Assembly (NCBI GenBank): GCA_002633005.1
Contig: NMRA01000087.1
Location: forward strand, 945,990-1,009,989
Source: Phoronis australis
Taxonomy: Eukaryota; Animalia; Phoronida
Reading direction: 5' to 3'
Length of the DNA: 64,000 nucleotides
The notes under the pieces were generated by a model. It was not told where the DNA came from. It worked only from the letters and a program-made list of their open reading frames with translations, and searched no databases. Of this stretch, positions 1 to 13,092 are shown in pieces. Within the stretch, counting starts at the first letter, position 1. Every line of letters begins with the position of its first letter. Made by a program: the position numbers and the translations under genes.

Positions 1-1005
1 AGGCATGAGATGAGCATTCCAAGTGGATGCAGGTCAACTGAATTATATTAGGCTATGCTAACTAAACTGCCCAGGTCCAAAAGTAAATGTGTGAATCCAA
101 TTACCTGAATGCAGCAACCATGGCATTCAATTTCAAAAACAAATTAGGACTCCTTGATAGTGCTTGATGATATAGAAAGTGATAGGTTAGAAAGGTTTCA
201 TTTTACCCACTACTAAACAAAACAGAAGTAAAGAGAGGTAGGTGCATGATTTAGTGTACCACAGCTGACATAAAATCATACAGATACTGCAATTTGCACT
301 TGGAAGACACTTAATTACACCTCATAGCATTCCACATTAAAATAAAAAACAACTTTTGCTCCTTAAGAAGAGAGAAAGTTTTATAACTGTTTACATTAGA
401 GATTACTAACAATTTCAGGATTAATGTCTAATATACACACAATAAATTTGTTAACACTATAAATACAAAATTGTGACATGGGACATTATTGAAAAAATCA
501 CACCACTTCTATTTATAAACAATACTACCATGCAAAGTGCTGGAATATACCCATAACAACACCGCCAACAGTATGCTTCAAGGTCAGTGCCTGATGCTTA
601 GCTTCGCGAAAATCCCAGGTAGCCAAATGAAATATGTTATGTCACCATAATTGAGGGTGGCAAATGCACTGATTTCCTGACATAAACAGAACAATTGTGA
701 ATGAAAGGTATTCAATCTAGGAAAAAGTGTTATTAATTGAAGTTTGAAAGTCACCAGAAATTTTAAAACGAATTTCGGGGCAATTATTTTCCGACTTTGA
801 TACTCCCTGTGGCGACTGTGGATTTATCCCAGGTAGCCAAACACAATCTGAGGACACATTGGCAAGCTGCAGGTGGCCAAATAAAGCATAAAAATATTTC
901 CACGTGATCATTGCAATGGGCCCACATGTGAGGCCTGCGCACGTCTGGTACAACGTGTATCAGACCGCCTGCAATTATTTTTTTTTTTAAATAAAGCACC
1001 GAAGC

Positions 1006-1233
1006 CAGAGGCGGATCTACAGGGGGGGGTTCAGGGGGCTTAAACCCCCCCGGGACAGGATCAAAAATAAACATTTGAAAAAACATCGCCAGGAAAACGA
1101 AATTAGCTACAAAAACCAAAAAATCTTACACGAGAGAGGGAATCCCCTCCCCGCCTCCTCCCCACTCGGCGACATGTGCCTCGGATTTGTGCAAATCCTA
1201 AACCGCCTCATTGAAAATGTAGATATGCCACTG
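1006..1233. mobile_element. Non-autonomous TIR element (MITE, hAT-like CAG ends) with 5-bp TSD
   Basis: Imperfect 16-bp TIRs CAGAGGCGGATCTACA (1006) and TGTAGATATGCCACTG (ends 1233), flanked by the direct repeat GAAGC at 1001-1005 and 1234-1238. GC-rich G/C runs inside an AT-rich background. Confidence 0.8.
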
Positions 1234-1289
1234 GAAGCTGTTTATTAATATCTTGTACTACATTAAAACACTGCTAAAGGGGTACAGTT

Positions 1290-2075
1290 AAATCCATCTG
1301 AAGCAAGAAAAATCCACTTGTCTCCTCGAGAAGGGTATTTGTCAAATTTTGTGAACATCACCAAGGAAAACTTTAATTGCCACAAGAGATCATCACAAGT
1401 ATCAGACTCAATCCAAAACCAATGTTAAAATAAACTATTTTTCTCAAATGGAACACATACACCATATTTCATGAAGATCCATCTAGAAGTTTAGTCGATA
1501 TTGAGGGATAGGCAAAAAAAGTTCGCCACGAGAGGGCACCATAGCAGTTGGACTCAACTGAAATCTACCTCAATACAATCACCTCAATAAAAAACACATT
1601 TTTGAAATTTTTTAATGATCCTCCAAGGCATGCACAAAAAGCTTAATTGCTAATAGGTGCCACCACAATAACTTGATCAGCCCAATAGACAAATTCAGTC
1701 TTCATTCTAATTGTTCTTCAGGTGATTTGGCAGATAGACATAAAATATAAGCCGCCACTAGGAGACACATATTACATAGAATCGATCTAAAAACGGGAAG
1801 GCGTAGTCGTCTACACAATAAAAACCAATTTTCCAAACTTCATAAAAATTCATCAAGGAACTTTGAAGATATAGATGCTAACGCAAAAAAAAAATTAAAT
1901 TAAAACTTGGGGGGAGCAGCGATAGTAAAATCTGCCCAAAAATTCACTTGAGCCGTCCGTCCATAATAGGAACACGTCTTCAAAATTCCACGAGCACCCA
2001 CAAGGGTTTTGGAGATACAGCAGTGATCGCGGGACAGATGGAGACAGAGACATAATGAGACCAAACACACATATG
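1290..2075 (-). mobile_element. Degenerate Helentron-associated (HINE/DINE-1-like) element with ~145-bp internal repeats
   Basis: Decayed copies of the CCACTAG..GGC monomer seen at 47120-48429 (at 1380, 1526, 1755), TTTCATGAAGATCC-type blocks and a GGACAGATGGAGACAGAGAC end segment. Boundaries are approximate. Confidence 0.55.
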
Positions 2076-3358
2076 TAATAATGACAGGCCTATATGCTTG
2101 TCACCAAGGGTACAATTACAATGCATTAATGCATTAGGAGATACATTATCCAATTTCTTTTAGATTCACAGCAGTTGTCCAAAGGGAAATCACAGTCATT
2201 TGCACAATTGTTTCGAAGAAACGGAAGCATTAAGAAAGTTGAGCAGTGACACTATATCACCTTCCTCCATGGACAAGTAGAGTCTTACAAATTCAACTCA
2301 CCTCTAGAAATGAATCTTGCGCTAATGCTACAAGCCATCGCTAATACAAGCACAAACCAGAGGACTCAACAAAATGACCTGCATGTGGTATTTGCAACTT
2401 TGCACGCTGAGATTTTGGCCAACTCGCATTACTGTACTCGCACGCGTGTGACTTAGGAATTCTAACTCATATGAACCGACCATTTGCACAATTACAAATA
2501 TAGAAGTTCACAGTTAGAGTGATGGCAAGAACATATCACATTAAGTCACCTGAGTAACTCATTACTAAGTCCACTGCTCCCTGTCACTCACTAACCTAGG
2601 TGTGGAGATTAAAGTTCTATCATGCACCTCAAGAACTCAAAGTTGGCCCTAGCTACTGAACACAAGGAATCCATACCACAGTCACCAGAAAATCTCAAAT
2701 AACTCGAGTAATGGTAAGTTGTTGCGAAAAACTGATGGATATTTCTAACAGCCATTGACAAGATCTATCCACGTAACATGCTTCAGAAAAATACCGCTAA
2801 TGGAGGCTCCCCAAAGAAGAAATTCAAAAAATGGCTACCACATTGTAACCTTGCATCCAATGTCAACCAAAGACAACAGACCGCAAGCACTTGACAAGAC
2901 ACATGTTGAGTGTAAATTTCATGTCGATCATGCTAACTGTAGTATGCGAACAAAGAAAAAACAAGCAACAAAAATTATGACAGTGAGTCCACTATTCATC
3001 AATTACTTGAGGTGAGCATTTAGCATCCCTGACAGACAATTAAACAAGTAACAATTTCTGCCATTTAAGTGACTGTGGCTACAGAGATAAGAACAAAATG
3101 GCAAAGATTTTTCTAATGTATTTGGGCAAAAGATGGAACCCCACGGATGTAAAATTGAGCAAAGCCACTCAACTTTCCAACACTGCTTCAGTCAAGCAGC
3201 AAGCACTGACCTGAATTCAAAAACAAAACTTAACATCCACCATTCTAAAAATAAAATAAGACATTCCTTTTGTTTACAGGGCTACAGTTTTTATCCAGAT
3301 GTTTTAACTTCAGGAAAATTTAACAGAGGCAAAAAAGAGTACAGCTATTAAAAAATAT

Positions 3359-3434
3359 TCTTTAAAAAGTATTAACAGATCATGTTTTCTAAAAAAACAG
3401 TCTTTAAAAAGTATTAACAGATCATGTTTTCTAA
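3359..3434. repeat. Tandem duplication, 42-bp period
   Basis: TCTTTAAAAAGTATTAACAGATCATGTTTTCTAA at 3359 and 3401. Confidence 0.9.
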
Positions 3435-5892
3435 CAAAGATCTCTAGTGACGTACAAATTTCTTCCTGGGAATTGCCAAAAAATGTGAATATTTGCAGCC
3501 AGACACAGTGCCAACTACTGCGTGCAGATGGCACTGGGAACACAGCAGTCACAATAAGTGCATTCATCAAACTAACAGAAAAACATTCTCCAGTTTCACC
3601 TGTAAAGTGAATTAAAATCTCTTCCAAGTTTTTTATATAATCCATCCGTTTGAGTGTTTTTACAGTGGTTTCCTTGTCTAAGCAAAAGAAGGTGAAATGT
3701 ACTAGCAATAACTACTCATTAGTTAAAAGAATACAATGCGGCCAATCTAGATAATAGGAGGTATTTGTTGAATAGTATGCTGTACGTGGCGCGCTGAACG
3801 TAAACAAAACATAACACCTTAATCTTCATTAGTTTTACGCAACTCAAATTCAATCAGAAGCACTCAGTTGCTTAAAACAGTATAATTTCTCCTATGAAAC
3901 ATAAACAATGGGGCTAGGTTTAACATGACAACACCTGACAATGGAAACAACAGTCAAAATCCACTCAACTGGAAAAGAGGTTTGTAGCTAACTACCTCCA
4001 AAACTCTTCTGAATCTCTTTATAAGAAAACCTTGATGAAATATTGCAAGCAATGTGTTTGCAGAGAACTTCATTCAGCTTGTTTTAAGGTTACGTTGGAG
4101 CCTATCGACAAGTCTGTGTATGTGGGTCACGTGACTATGTCTTAGTAAAATTTAGCAAAAAAGGAAGGTACAATGATAGCAAAACAATGGTATCAATAGC
4201 AGGGCCAAATTTCATTTGATATAAAAGTTCAAGATGAAATCTCCACAATGCTGAACTTTTATGGTTCTCTAAATTGTCATTTTGTTTTTGTTTGATGCAA
4301 TTTTTTCCATAAAATCATAAAAATTGATGAAAGCATTTATTTGATGCTACCATACTTATTTTACATGAAAAATGGACAAATTTCACTTCTCCATCATACT
4401 GTGTCTTGAATTGGTCAGGTTTTATAGTACATATTGGGGAGATCGGGCTGTGAGCAGTTTTTCCCATTGCAGTTAAGTCAAAATGTTTACTTGTTTTTGA
4501 AAAAATATCTTAGTTACCTAGCACGATTCTCACTCACTTATGGAGAAGGTGCCTATGCCTTTTTCTAATGGAGTAATTCTTTACAATAAGTGGAAATTAA
4601 ACTCTCCCGGACGCCACCAATTCCACCCTCAAGCATGACCCCACCTAAGCCCGAAGAATGTTTTTCATACTTGAAGAGGAATTTTCTAATTTTCTGACTA
4701 AACGAGAAGAATTTGCCGTGGTTTTAAATGTTAATGAAAGTTTTGAGAAAGCATAGAAACAGTTCTAGCCCACACTAGTAGTCTTGTTCACACACTATTC
4801 AATATCTGCTTCATTCTTCATCGCCAAGCAAATTACCAGTAAGTGGGTAAATTTAAAAAAAAAATGCTCAAGACAGGAACAAATGGATAAATTGAAGGAT
4901 TGTGAAACAAATTGGTGATGAGGGATTACGAAAATAAAGTGCGGAGCGATGTGAGGCATTAATGCACCACTTCCTTGTCACAAAATTAAAGGAAAGTACA
5001 TCATGGTTTGGACTTCATTTTCAAAAACATTTTCTGCTGAGAACACCATCGAAAAGCAAACTAAACACATTAGTCCTAGAGCTATTGACGAGACACAAAC
5101 TGCACGTGAAATTTGCCGGTATGTCGATTGGTAAGGAAGGTGACATGAAGCATGTGAACAAAGAAACAAAAGGAAACGAAAAAAGAAAAAATACTAAAAC
5201 GCAATATATTTCCTAACAGAATTTCGCTAAGTGAAAAATGAGGATGCCATTTAATTTGAATTAATAGCTGACGAGACATGTAACGATTTTTCATCAGAAA
5301 AAAATACCTCCAGCATCTGAAGCTCAATGCCTGAACACTCAAACTCAGTAGCAAATCAAAACAACAAAGCCTTGATTACAAGTTATTTAAATATTCATAG
5401 AATACCGAAGATCTATTCAGTCTATTCAATTGGTGAGATTTTAACGGACACAGTCCGTTTCTTCAGTTGCAAATTTGTTGCTATCAAAATAATAGCAATC
5501 AGACACAACTATTCTCACATCATACTGTTATATTTTGAAAAAGAGCACATGTTGTGAAGGTAACGACCATGGTCCTGGCCAACAGAAGGCGGGTAGAGGG
5601 GAACGTATTTCCGTATGCAGTGTGACCAACGAAATTGTGAACTAGGCGAATTGTGAAATTTTGGGGCCACTGAAGTCGTAAATTCTGTACCCCTTAATAA
5701 TAATCTTAACTTTCCTACTGACCTGTGATTCATTGCTCTAGGAGAGAACATTGAATGTAATTCTGTTTTTCCGTTCATTTGTTTATCTCCCGCACATGAA
5801 AATAACAGCAACAATATTTTGAAAGTTTTTGGTAGCAGATAAAAAATGTGACCAGAGAACACTGTTCTACAATTAATGACAAGAACACTTAC

Positions 5893-6038
5893 ACAGACTT
5901 TGTCCTCGTCCGCCTGGTAATGATCGGGCTGGGAACAAGGAACTTGTCCGGGGACGGGGAACCCTCATGAACGCCATGGTGTGCGAGGCCAGCATTATTA
6001 CGTGCCTGAGTTTGAGGTATGTCTGTAGGCCGACTCAT
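5893..6038 (-). CDS. CARHSP1: Calcium-regulated heat-stable protein 1 / CSDC2-like cold-shock-domain protein, first coding exon (partial; remainder presumably left of window)
   Basis: Acceptor TTTTCAG at 6048/6047, ATG at 6038, donor GT|GTAAGT at 5893/5892. Encodes MSRPTDIPQTQARNNAGLAHHGVHEGSPSPDKFLVPSPIITRRTRTKS. SPSP..VPSPIITRRTRTxS matches the CARHSP1/CSDC2 N-terminal phospho-motif (human VPSPLPTRRTRTFS, recalled). No KGHGFI cold-shock exon was recognised in 1-5892. Confidence 0.8.
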
Positions 6039-9000
6039 ATCTGATGCTGAAAATGACAAACAATAACTCATTGACACTGACACAACACATTTGAACCAGA
6101 AGGCATAGAGGCATGGAACATGGTTCTTGTCTTGTGTTATCCTTGTTAGTGTCAATATAGTCAGAGTTAACAGTGGTCAGGCAATGGCAGTAAATTGTCA
6201 TTAACCTCTCTCTAAATGACAACACGTCATCCTGCTTTGAGCTTGTGACACAAAAAGCAGTTAGAAACTTAAGAAGAGAGTCATCCTCCTTTGTAGTCCT
6301 GACCTTATCCACAAGTCTGTTCAATAAGCCAAATATCTAGAAAACTATAAAATTAGCTCTTTTAAAGTATATTTTCAAAAAGTAGAAAAGCCTGTAGACT
6401 TGATATCAATCTGCCATTGACAGGGTCACATACGATGTCTTACAAAATTAAAACAAAAAATAAAAGTACATTATAGTAAAACAACGGCATTAATACCAAG
6501 TCCAAATTACGTGTCATACAAATATGTAAGATGAAAGCTCAAAAACATTGTTACAGCTTTCTAAAACGTTGTTTGGTTTTAATTTTATGCAACTTTTTTT
6601 AGTTTTTTCATAAAAACGCAAAATCCTGTTTATGATAGCCCCGCATGCAAGAGAATTTTAAAAATAATTCCTAACAGTGCTATTTAGAAGACCGCATGGT
6701 ACTTGAAAGCTTCACATCAATCTGCCCAGCCATTTCTGAGATATGATGTTTTAAGTAAGTCAAGTAAGGATATTTTTCAAGGGTCCTACAAACCATAAAT
6801 TCTATATGAAGAAATATCAGCTGCAATAGCCAAGTTTTCAAAATTAGTAGCTTGAGAGAAGTTTGAACAACAAACCAATTGCTTTTAATGAACCGCAAAT
6901 GTAGGAAATAACTGACCAGAGATTACATTACACTTTTCACACTGATATTTGGTTACCAAATGATTTAGTACACGACTTCCTGCAGACCACTGCTGGCAGG
7001 CAGTGAGCAGGTGGTCTCTCGCAACAAACAAATTACAACTGACACTTATTGCAGTTACTGAGGGTTTTCCCATTCTTGGGTGCAAACTCCTACATGCTAT
7101 CAATGTGGTCAAGAAATTAAACTAGTCAATAATTCCTTATTTGGGTACTAAAATGTGTGGGTTTTTCGACAATTATGAAAATAAAATGCACACTTTATTT
7201 GCAACAAAAGTGCTGATATGGAATTTTCAACCCATTCAGCCTGAAATAGATATGAAGAGTATCGAACTCCCAAAGTCCACCCATTTATTAGAAAACGCAT
7301 CCTTTCATACGGAATTGTGCTAGAAAAAGCACCCTTTCATAGGGAAACTGGCTATGAAAATGCTACCCTTCTTACTCAAAGCAGCACATACAATAATACA
7401 TATATGAATATGAATAAGAATACACATATAGATATACCTCTTCTATGGGAGATTGGGAGATATCCTCGCCTCGGCCCTAAACTCAACAATTTTGACACGC
7501 TTTCTACTTTTTACTGATGAAACTTCAGCTGTATGATATTGCAGTACTTATGGGAATTTCATCCAGACAAATTGATTAGGTTCCAAGTGAAATAACATCA
7601 ATCATTTATTAACAGTGATCAAGGGGCACTAGAAACATAAACCACATTACACCTCATACTACAGCTATGTCCACTTAAATACAATATTTTCACTTAAATA
7701 TCATATTTAAAAATGCATTTCTTTCCTTTAGCTGACCATGTTGAATAGTAAGAGTTGAATAGTAAGATCAAAGCAATTTGGGGATAAAAAACATTACCAA
7801 ACTCACCAAATCTTGAATTCCAGCCTAACGAACCAGGAATTCAAATCAAAGGCAATGCATACATATGTGCCATCTTTGAATATGTAATTTTAGGGTTGGC
7901 CAACTCTAGGCAACACACCAGACTCAATTGCCACAGGCACACTGAGGACAACGCTGTTACAGAACTGCTCAACTTACTTAAATTTGATTGATAAAATAAA
8001 TTACACTAAACAATAACGTAAGGAACCAGTTACCAATGAATAAAAGATTATAAATGAGTATTAACCGCCAAAACTAAAATTATCTCTTTTTCACTTTTTA
8101 TCCTAAATGTGCAAATTATAAGGTTACATGACTAAATTGGACATTGGCCATAAAAAATCTAGCTGTTAATGAATGACTTTTAACATTTGGCCAAGAAAAT
8201 TGCACTCTTAATAGAACTAAATTTATTTTGATCAGAGTAAAAAATCAAAGACCATAACAAAACGAAAAAGTTTATTGATTGGTAAGCTCTTGTTGGGCCA
8301 GCCAGCCAACACCAAAATACAACTAGGAATCCCTTAAGTATACTTCCAATAGACTTTGAAATATCATGCCGTGCAGGTAGTTCTGGTCGTCAACTCATCG
8401 TGCAACTTGTATGAACAACTAGAGCTAACAACTGTCAGGATACATGCAAAATCTGAGAGTCAACTGACACTCGTGTTGCCCGTTTTAAGTGAACAACAAT
8501 CTAATAAACATCATTTTCTTGCATAATTCTCTGACCTTTGTCACAAAGAAAAGCACGTCATTGACTTGAAAACAGTACGCTCATGACATGCGCCAATGCC
8601 ATTTGCTAAAATTTTTGCGACATTTTGCGGGAGATGACGACAGCTTTGCCGAAGAAAATTTGCTCAGGAATTGGGTTTGCCAATATCAAAATACCAAAAG
8701 CTTATAACAAAGTGAAACAAATTCTGACAATTTCTTGTGACGGGTACATAAAATTGTGGAAAACAATTGACTAAAGAACCAGCAAAAAAAAATTGTCCAG
8801 TACGTGACGCTCTATTTCATGGTGCCCAAAGCTGACATATATAATCGTTCCACAAATTTAGAAATACAATATCAGTAGAACGGCAATTAATTTAGACTAT
8901 TCAAGGAAGAATATAGTTTTTAATGACAGTACTTTCAAAGGGTCAGATTTTATTTGGACATTTTTTCCCATATCGGTGAAAAGCTATTGTTACACAACTT

Positions 9001-10999
9001 TGCACCAAAGCTATCTGGCTTTTAGTATATTTTCACTCAAACATTCTTGCCAGTTCCCAGTGATAACTACAAGTTGGTAAGTTACTAGCACTCCTGGTGG
9101 ACCAACTAGGCCAACCCCAATATATTCGTGATTCTCGTTTTCTTGAATCGGTAATGGTTTTGATGATCTGGTTGGTAATGGATATAAGAATCTTATCACA
9201 ATTTAAGGAATATCATGAGATTGATTTGTGAGAGTAACAGGCAAATTCAACTCTTTTTGTGTTTTAGCCAGCTAACAGGGAGAAATACAACTTAAAAAGG
9301 AAACGTGAAATGGATCCTACATACTTCTATACTTTTTCAAAATGGCCATGCATAACAGCAATAGAAGCTTGAAAAGATCAGTTTGGAGAAGTAACTGAAG
9401 ACATGACGTGACGCCTGACTTCTGGGTGTGACATACAATTAAATGAAGCCTCTCCAAATCCGTAGCTAATGGGCAACTGCCTCTTTGCTGAATGGTTTGG
9501 ATTCTTGGTTGCAATGCCAGCAGCTTGGGTTCGATATCTGCCATTGGCATGAGGATTTTTCTATACCATGGCACAGGCAGAGTTAGTCGCTGAGTTTGTG
9601 CCAGCACAGAAGGTTAATAATAAAGCACTTAAATGTGACAGCATTTCCACTAGATGTCAGCATTGTGAAGTGAGTCAAAAAATCTGCGGACACCACGACT
9701 GAACTTGAGGCTAACCACATGAGAATTGAGCATCCAAACTGTTCAGCTGAGAGGCTATTGCTGCTTGGCAAGCAACTGAGGCTTCATTGGACTGTAACAC
9801 CAACAAGTCACATGATACAACATATGTAACTGATTCTTTTCTACAGAATAATAATTTGAAGCAAGCATTCAGCGATAACTATTGCGAAGTTTTGATTAGA
9901 ACTAGTCAGATATATCGAGAGAACCAGTTTCCCCAGGCCCCATAATTCAGTAATTGCCTGGTTCCCTAAATCAACTGCTGCATCCGCTCAGTCGCACTGC
10001 CACTTCGATCAATCACTCACTTGCTCACCAGCCTACATCCGAATAGTAAAATCACATATCAATCTCGGCACAAAGCCACAACTTCAGACATACAAAGTAA
10101 CAGTCCCCCATTTTGAGAACCAGTTCAATTAGTAACTAATGGACTCGTTATTCGATGATTGCCTGGTTCTTCAAATAAAGGACAGATATTTGACTGGTCA
10201 CGAGGAACACATGCAGCCGCTCGACGTTAAATAAGTCTACTATAATTCATAGCATCATGACGAGCAGTATATATCAAACTCCAAGCTGTCTCTGCTGGGA
10301 CCAGGAGTAGGAGTTCTCTCATTCACTCCTCAGTATCAAAAAGGCCATCAAAACCATTGTCAAGGTAAAGCTCAAACTCGTCTCCCTAACATACAATGCG
10401 TAATTTTAAATACAGCGGTTCCAGCGTATTCTAATGAATTAAAATCTATCCATACCTGACGAAAATCAAGGAATTTATAGAGCTTACAAGTCCAACTTCC
10501 ACACGGCACGGGGAGAACAAACAAGCTCGTTGGGTTACTAGCCTTGAACCCATAATCTTTTTCACGCCTTTAAGCAAATAACGTATTGCTCATCTACTTA
10601 ATTTGTACACAATCTTATATTCTAAGTTAATTGTAGCTTTCAGACGAGTATATACATATATTAAACTGTCATAAATTCAAACGATAATGGAAGTGAGATT
10701 AAATACGAAGTTTGCCAAGTTCCCAACAGGTGTCAGATACTTAGTTTGATCCTAGACTGCAGTAACGCAGTAAGAATGTCATCTCTCTTGTGAAACAAAA
10801 CACATTAGTAATCTGAATGCACTCTAATGAAACTATTGTCAGTTGGATTACCAACTAATTTGCTGTTGTTTGTTGCTTACTTTACTATCTTTTCCTTTCA
10901 ACAAATTTAGAAAAAAGGCCTTTGTTTTGAGACTCCGAAGTAAAACCCATCCATATGATGGTCCTCAGTGACAAAATAGAAATTTTGCGGATTAGTTAC

Positions 11000-11310
11000 C
11001 GTTATGAAATAAGTCTCAAAATGTTCCCTAATCGAAATACGTGAGCTTCCTGGGTTTGGAAAGAATTGAAAATTCAGTATTTCTTGAGATTTCCCTATAG
11101 AAGATGATTTGTCATGGTGTGATTCGCTGATCCTCGCTGGTCTCGCGCAGTAACGAACAACTTTCCCAAGAATCACTTCTCATCTGGATAAGCAACAAGT
11201 TGAGAACAATTTTATGGTGCTTAGAAGGAAAATAAAAAATTAGCTTCTAAGATGGAACACAGGGTTTATTGTGGCTTTAAGATAAGAAACTGGCCAATGA
11301 CGGACGTAAC
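11000..11310 (-). promoter_or_regulatory. Candidate promoter and non-coding first exon of the CARHSP1-like gene
   Basis: The coding exon has an acceptor only 8 nt before its ATG, so an upstream non-coding exon is required. CpG-containing segment ending in donor ACG|GTAACT (11000/10999), with CCAAT at 11294 and TGACG at 11298. Inference only. Confidence 0.3.
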
Positions 11311-12615
11311 AAACAGTATTTATTTAGTCTGTCAGTATCAGGGAAATTCTCCAAGTAACGGATTATCCCACAAATAAATAGGCTTGAGTGATAGAAATAT
11401 TTTTTGTATTGTAAAATTTAAATGAAGTAAACTTTTTTGCATGAATGAAGCCAAAATAATGGAAAAAAGAGGAAACTAGAAATCAAATGTGAGTAAATCG
11501 AAACCAAAAAACTGAAGAGGAAATCCTGACAGTTAAAAGCGGAAAAGACCTGCAGAACGGTGTTTGGGTGTATCAAATGTTGTAGATAGTTTAATTATTG
11601 AATGTTCTGCCATGCGTGCTCATTCAGGTCTCTTTCAAATTTGCATAAACTGAAGCACTAAAATTCAGCAGCACAAAGAATTCTTTTACATTCTATCCAC
11701 TGATATTTTTTCTTCATTCCAAGCAAAACAATTAATTCAAAATAACTCACAAATTAGTTTATTGATTACCAGTGACCAGTCAGTGATCACACAATCTATG
11801 ATGGGATATTTTTGTACAATTCTGATACAAAACAAATGTACAACAGCTTCAACACGTGAAATATTTATACATGTGCCAGATGTAACAGCCATGAAATTGC
11901 ATTATAACATAGATGAGGGACATCACGACTCAACTTGGTGAACTACTTGACATTACAGATCAAAACCTCTGGACACCCATGATATTCTTTTCTTGACAAA
12001 TCAGAGCTGCCTACCACCTTCTCCTAGGAAATAATAACTACACAATTCTCGCGGAAATTGCATTGCAATCTGTGGGTCCTGGTGTCATATTTTTGTCCAG
12101 GAACACCACCAGAGGGTGACACAACCAGTCAGTCATAATTCCACAGCAGAACAAACTAAACAGCTCTGCAACAACAAAGAGAACTTACGGAGAGTTTCCA
12201 GAAGAAATGATCTATAATTTACACATCCATCATGTGCCACAATACGACTCCTATGCAGGAAAGTGAGGCCTGTAACAGTTCAACGGCCATACAATATGTT
12301 TCAAGTTTACGATGGTTTCCACGGATTCACATTGCTGTCACCATCAGTGCTATCAGTTATATCAAAACTGTTATTATTGCCACACAGTTTATGAAAGTTG
12401 TTTATATGAAGATGGTTGTTGGGAATGAATACGGTCTACAGTCCTATTTATGTTAGCTGTAATGTTTCAATCTTTTCAAAGCAAAGTGTAACATTCACAG
12501 CTGCGTGCCTAGGACTAGGAGCACGTTTGCTAAAACTGGTCATCCTGGTGTATATTCCAGTGACTAACTGCCAACAGATGACAGTGTTCTGTCCATTGAT
12601 CTATACAAGCTGTAC

Positions 12616-13077
12616 ACAAGGGCAACTCAGACCGATGATATGCACCCATAAAGGTGCAACGCAAATGGAAAGCCACCATATTGTTCACTATATTTTAACA
12701 CAAAAATTACAATAGGGAACACAATGCTAGTTGTCTTTAAAATTTGACAAATGGAATCGTCTCCATACAGGCAACACATCTGAATTTCTTTCAGTTGCTT
12801 GAAGCAGATCACAAAGCCAGAAGAAAATAAATAAGCTTGATATAAAAAATGAAAATTGCCACTGGGTGGCACAGCAGTAGTCAGGTCCATCTGAAACTTT
12901 ATGTCACCTATGGCCTTCTTATTAATAAGAAGGTACAATCATTCAGCTTCAAGGGAGTCAATCAGTCAATTTCATGAAGATCCTGCAAGGGGGTTATTGG
13001 ATATAGCAACAGAAGATGGGCGGATCAACGTGGATTAATCCAGTATCTACCCACATACGTATACGTGGGCACATAAA
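12616..13077 (-). mobile_element. HINE/Helentron-type non-autonomous element in the presumed RBM22 3' UTR
   Basis: Left end ACAAGGGCAAC...ATATGCACCCA resembles AACAAGAGCAAC...AAATGCGCCCA of the 47120 element. Internal AAAATTGCCACTGGGTGGCACAGCAGTAGTCAG matches 47745-47780. Right end has the inverted repeat CCCAC-ATACGTATAC-GTGGG followed by CATAAA. Confidence 0.7.
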
Positions 13078-13092
13078 TGGAGTCAATGTCTA

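Noticed and set aside
784-1119. 111-aa Pro-rich ORF
   Set aside because: Derived from G/C runs of the MITE at 1006-1233; no recognisable domain.
2196-2280. Minus-strand YLSMEEGDIVSL as the CARHSP1 EGDEV exon
   Set aside because: The similarity is limited to EGD-x-V, the frame closes soon after, and the conserved PPK and QAV motifs are missing.
5998-6324. 108-aa ORF as a gene
   Set aside because: It overlaps the CARHSP1-like exon in a different frame and is mostly intron; no family motif.
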